The position numbers were made by a program, and so were the translations under genes. A stretch of DNA of 14,995 nucleotides from an uncultured bacterium. GTDB lineage: Bacteria; T1Sed10-126. Shown in pieces: positions 13,451 to 14,995 of the stretch. The DNA is taken from positions 1 through 14,995 of the forward strand of contig CAZMIT010000037.1 of the NCBI GenBank assembly GCA_964566495.1, given 5' to 3'. Below the pieces are notes generated by a model, which saw only the letters and a list, made by a program, of their open reading frames with translations, was not told the origin of the DNA and made no database searches. The first letter of the stretch is position 1; the number at the start of each line of letters is the position of its first letter.

Positions 13451-13969
13451 TTAGCCGGAGATGTAGGGCCAGCCCTCTACCGTGCTGGTTAGCACGTCCC
13501 TTCCCAGCTGGCGTATAACACGATTTTGAGCCTGATATTCGGTCTCGCGGGGAGGAATTATTTCTGAAAAAGTAGTCTCTCTAAAAATATTTTCAAACCC
13601 CCGAATCATCTCCTCAGTCTCCATATCTATTAATTCAAGTGCAATTTCAACCCGGAGTTTGTATTGTTCTACCACGTCCCTCTCGCCAAAAGCCAGCGGG
13701 ATTTTAAGATATTTGTTAATTTCGCCTTTGATTTTTACGTTGGCCTGCTCCGGCGGAACCAACCGCAGTTCCCCGTGAGCAATAAGCTGGTCGTATACCT
13801 CGTCCGTCAACCTCCGTTCCAGATCAGTTTCGTCGGTGTTATTCTCAAAAGTAGTCAACGCCACATGACTCATCTCCGGGGGGATGCTCGACTCGCCGGC
13901 CAGTCCACAAGAAGACAGCAGCACTACTGAAACAAAAACAATCACCAGACTGCATTTATTAATATTCAT
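13451..13969 (-). CDS. lptE: LptE-family outer-membrane lipoprotein (LPS assembly)
   Basis: Lipobox LSS-CG after a hydrophobic core; IPPEMSHVALTTFENNT...LE..LT pattern; beta-rich middle and C-terminal helix; directly upstream of holA. Confidence 0.8.
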   Translation of the reverse strand: MNINKCSLVIVFVSVVLLSSCGLAGESSIPPEMSHVALTTFENNTDETDLERRLTDEVYDQLIAHGELRLVPPEQANVKIKGEINKYLKIPLAFGERDVVEQYKLRVEIALELIDMETEEMIRGFENIFRETTFSEIIPPRETEYQAQNRVIRQLGRDVLTSTVEGWPYISG

Positions 13970-14675
13970 AATCTCTCAACTTGTTTCTCCTTTTTCGACG
14001 TTCTTTCTTTATTTTTCGCAGGTAGTCTATTCCGGCCTCGCGCCAGCGTTGTTCCTTCCCCTCTTCTTTCAACCACTCAGCGTATTCTATTGCTTCTTCA
14101 AACTGCCCCGCCTGCATGGTTATTCGAACCATGTGGAAGGCTGCCTCGCTCTTAAACCGCTGAGAATCGTCGCTTTTTAAGATCTCCTCAAACCACTGGC
14201 GAGCCTCCTGCTTATCGCCAGCTTCAACTTCAACAGTACCTCGATTCAGCCGGCACTCAGCTCGAAAATCAGGTTTCACGTTAAGCTCTAATAATTCATC
14301 AAGAAGATCGCGAGCCCGCTCGTGCTCACCAGCTAAAGCAAGTGCCTGTGCCTCCAGAAGCTGACATTCGTTCTCGTCTTCGGGACGCTGGCGGGCGGCC
14401 TTTCGGAAGGCACGAGCCGCTTCCTCGTGTTTTTCCATTTTTATTAAATTGAATCCCAGAAGCTGGTAACTGCGGTCATCGTTGGTTTCTTCTAACCAGC
14501 GAACAACTTCTTCAGATTTATTTAAACGAAAATAAGCCGTAGCCAGGCCATAGGCGAGCTTAGACTTTTCCTCTTTGGTGGGAGTTTCTTCTTCCAGAAA
14601 GGCAAGCGTATCCTTAATGCCCTCGGCTGGATCGTCAGCTTCCAATCCGGCCAGATAATCCTCGATCCGACTCAC
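13959..14675 (-). CDS. Cytoplasmic TPR-repeat protein with basic C-terminal tail
   Basis: 238 aa. TPR-like units (LAYGLATAYFRL, LLGFNLIKMEKHEEAARAFRKA, LNRGTVEVEAGDKQEARQWFEEIL); no signal peptide. GTGA overlap with the pth stop; overlaps the lptE start by 11 nt. Confidence 0.85.
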   Translation of the reverse strand: MSRIEDYLAGLEADDPAEGIKDTLAFLEEETPTKEEKSKLAYGLATAYFRLNKSEEVVRWLEETNDDRSYQLLGFNLIKMEKHEEAARAFRKAARQRPEDENECQLLEAQALALAGEHERARDLLDELLELNVKPDFRAECRLNRGTVEVEAGDKQEARQWFEEILKSDDSQRFKSEAAFHMVRITMQAGQFEEAIEYAEWLKEEGKEQRWREAGIDYLRKIKKERRKRRNKLRDYEY

Positions 14676-14995
14676 GAAAAATCAACCCCGTTCCAGCGAT
14701 CCATTGCCTGTTTAATCCCCTGCTCGGCTATAAGCATAACAATTTCCGACATTTTAGAAAAGATTTCAGCTAAAATTTCTTGATCCGCGTCGGCAATTTT
14801 TGAAAGCACAAAATCCCGTCCGCTCATATTAGTGGGTGTAGGCCCTATGCCCACTCGTAACCGGGGAACCGCCTCAGTTCCCAGGGCTTCGATTATACTC
14901 TCCATTCCCCGGTGACCGCCGGCGCTTCCTTCTGCTCTTATTCTAAGCCGCCCAACGTCGAGAGCTAAATCGTCATAAATTATCAAGATTTCTTG
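14672..14995 (-). CDS. pth: Peptidyl-tRNA hydrolase (C-terminal part; 5' end outside window)
   Basis: ILIIYDDLALDVGRLRIR..GSAGGHRGMESII..LGT...PRLRVGIG...DFVL...AMDRWN; frame is open to the window edge. Confidence 0.97.
   Translation of the reverse strand, partial: QEILIIYDDLALDVGRLRIRAEGSAGGHRGMESIIEALGTEAVPRLRVGIGPTPTNMSGRDFVLSKIADADQEILAEIFSKMSEIVMLIAEQGIKQAMDRWNGVDFS

Overview
Mostly housekeeping DNA from a diderm (LptE-encoding) bacterium with a strikingly acidic proteome, suggesting a halo/alkaliphile. Minus-strand block 8745->324: membrane-anchored TPR protein with a C-terminal Mrr-like domain whose catalytic residues appear altered (stop overlaps the secA start), secA (1000 aa, with a ~110-aa N-terminal insertion and a Cys-rich insert at the VAR position), a second membrane-anchored TPR protein, cutA, a small lipoprotein, typA/bipA. 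Plus-strand block: small 4-TM membrane protein, serC, CPBP/CAAX-family protease, rpsT. Minus-strand block at the right end: pth (partial), TPR protein, lptE, holA (convergent with and overlapping rpsT). The least ordinary DNA is non-coding. Bases 1-290 hold three hairpins and a 48-nt-period degenerate tandem repeat. Bases 8750-10250 are a nested mosaic of CGTC-tagged REP-like palindromes in inverted orientation, mirrored heptamer arrays, C/G-run hairpins and a ~20-bp direct repeat that bracket the small membrane-protein gene like a cassette. No tRNA, rRNA, CRISPR array, transposase or integrase was recognised.
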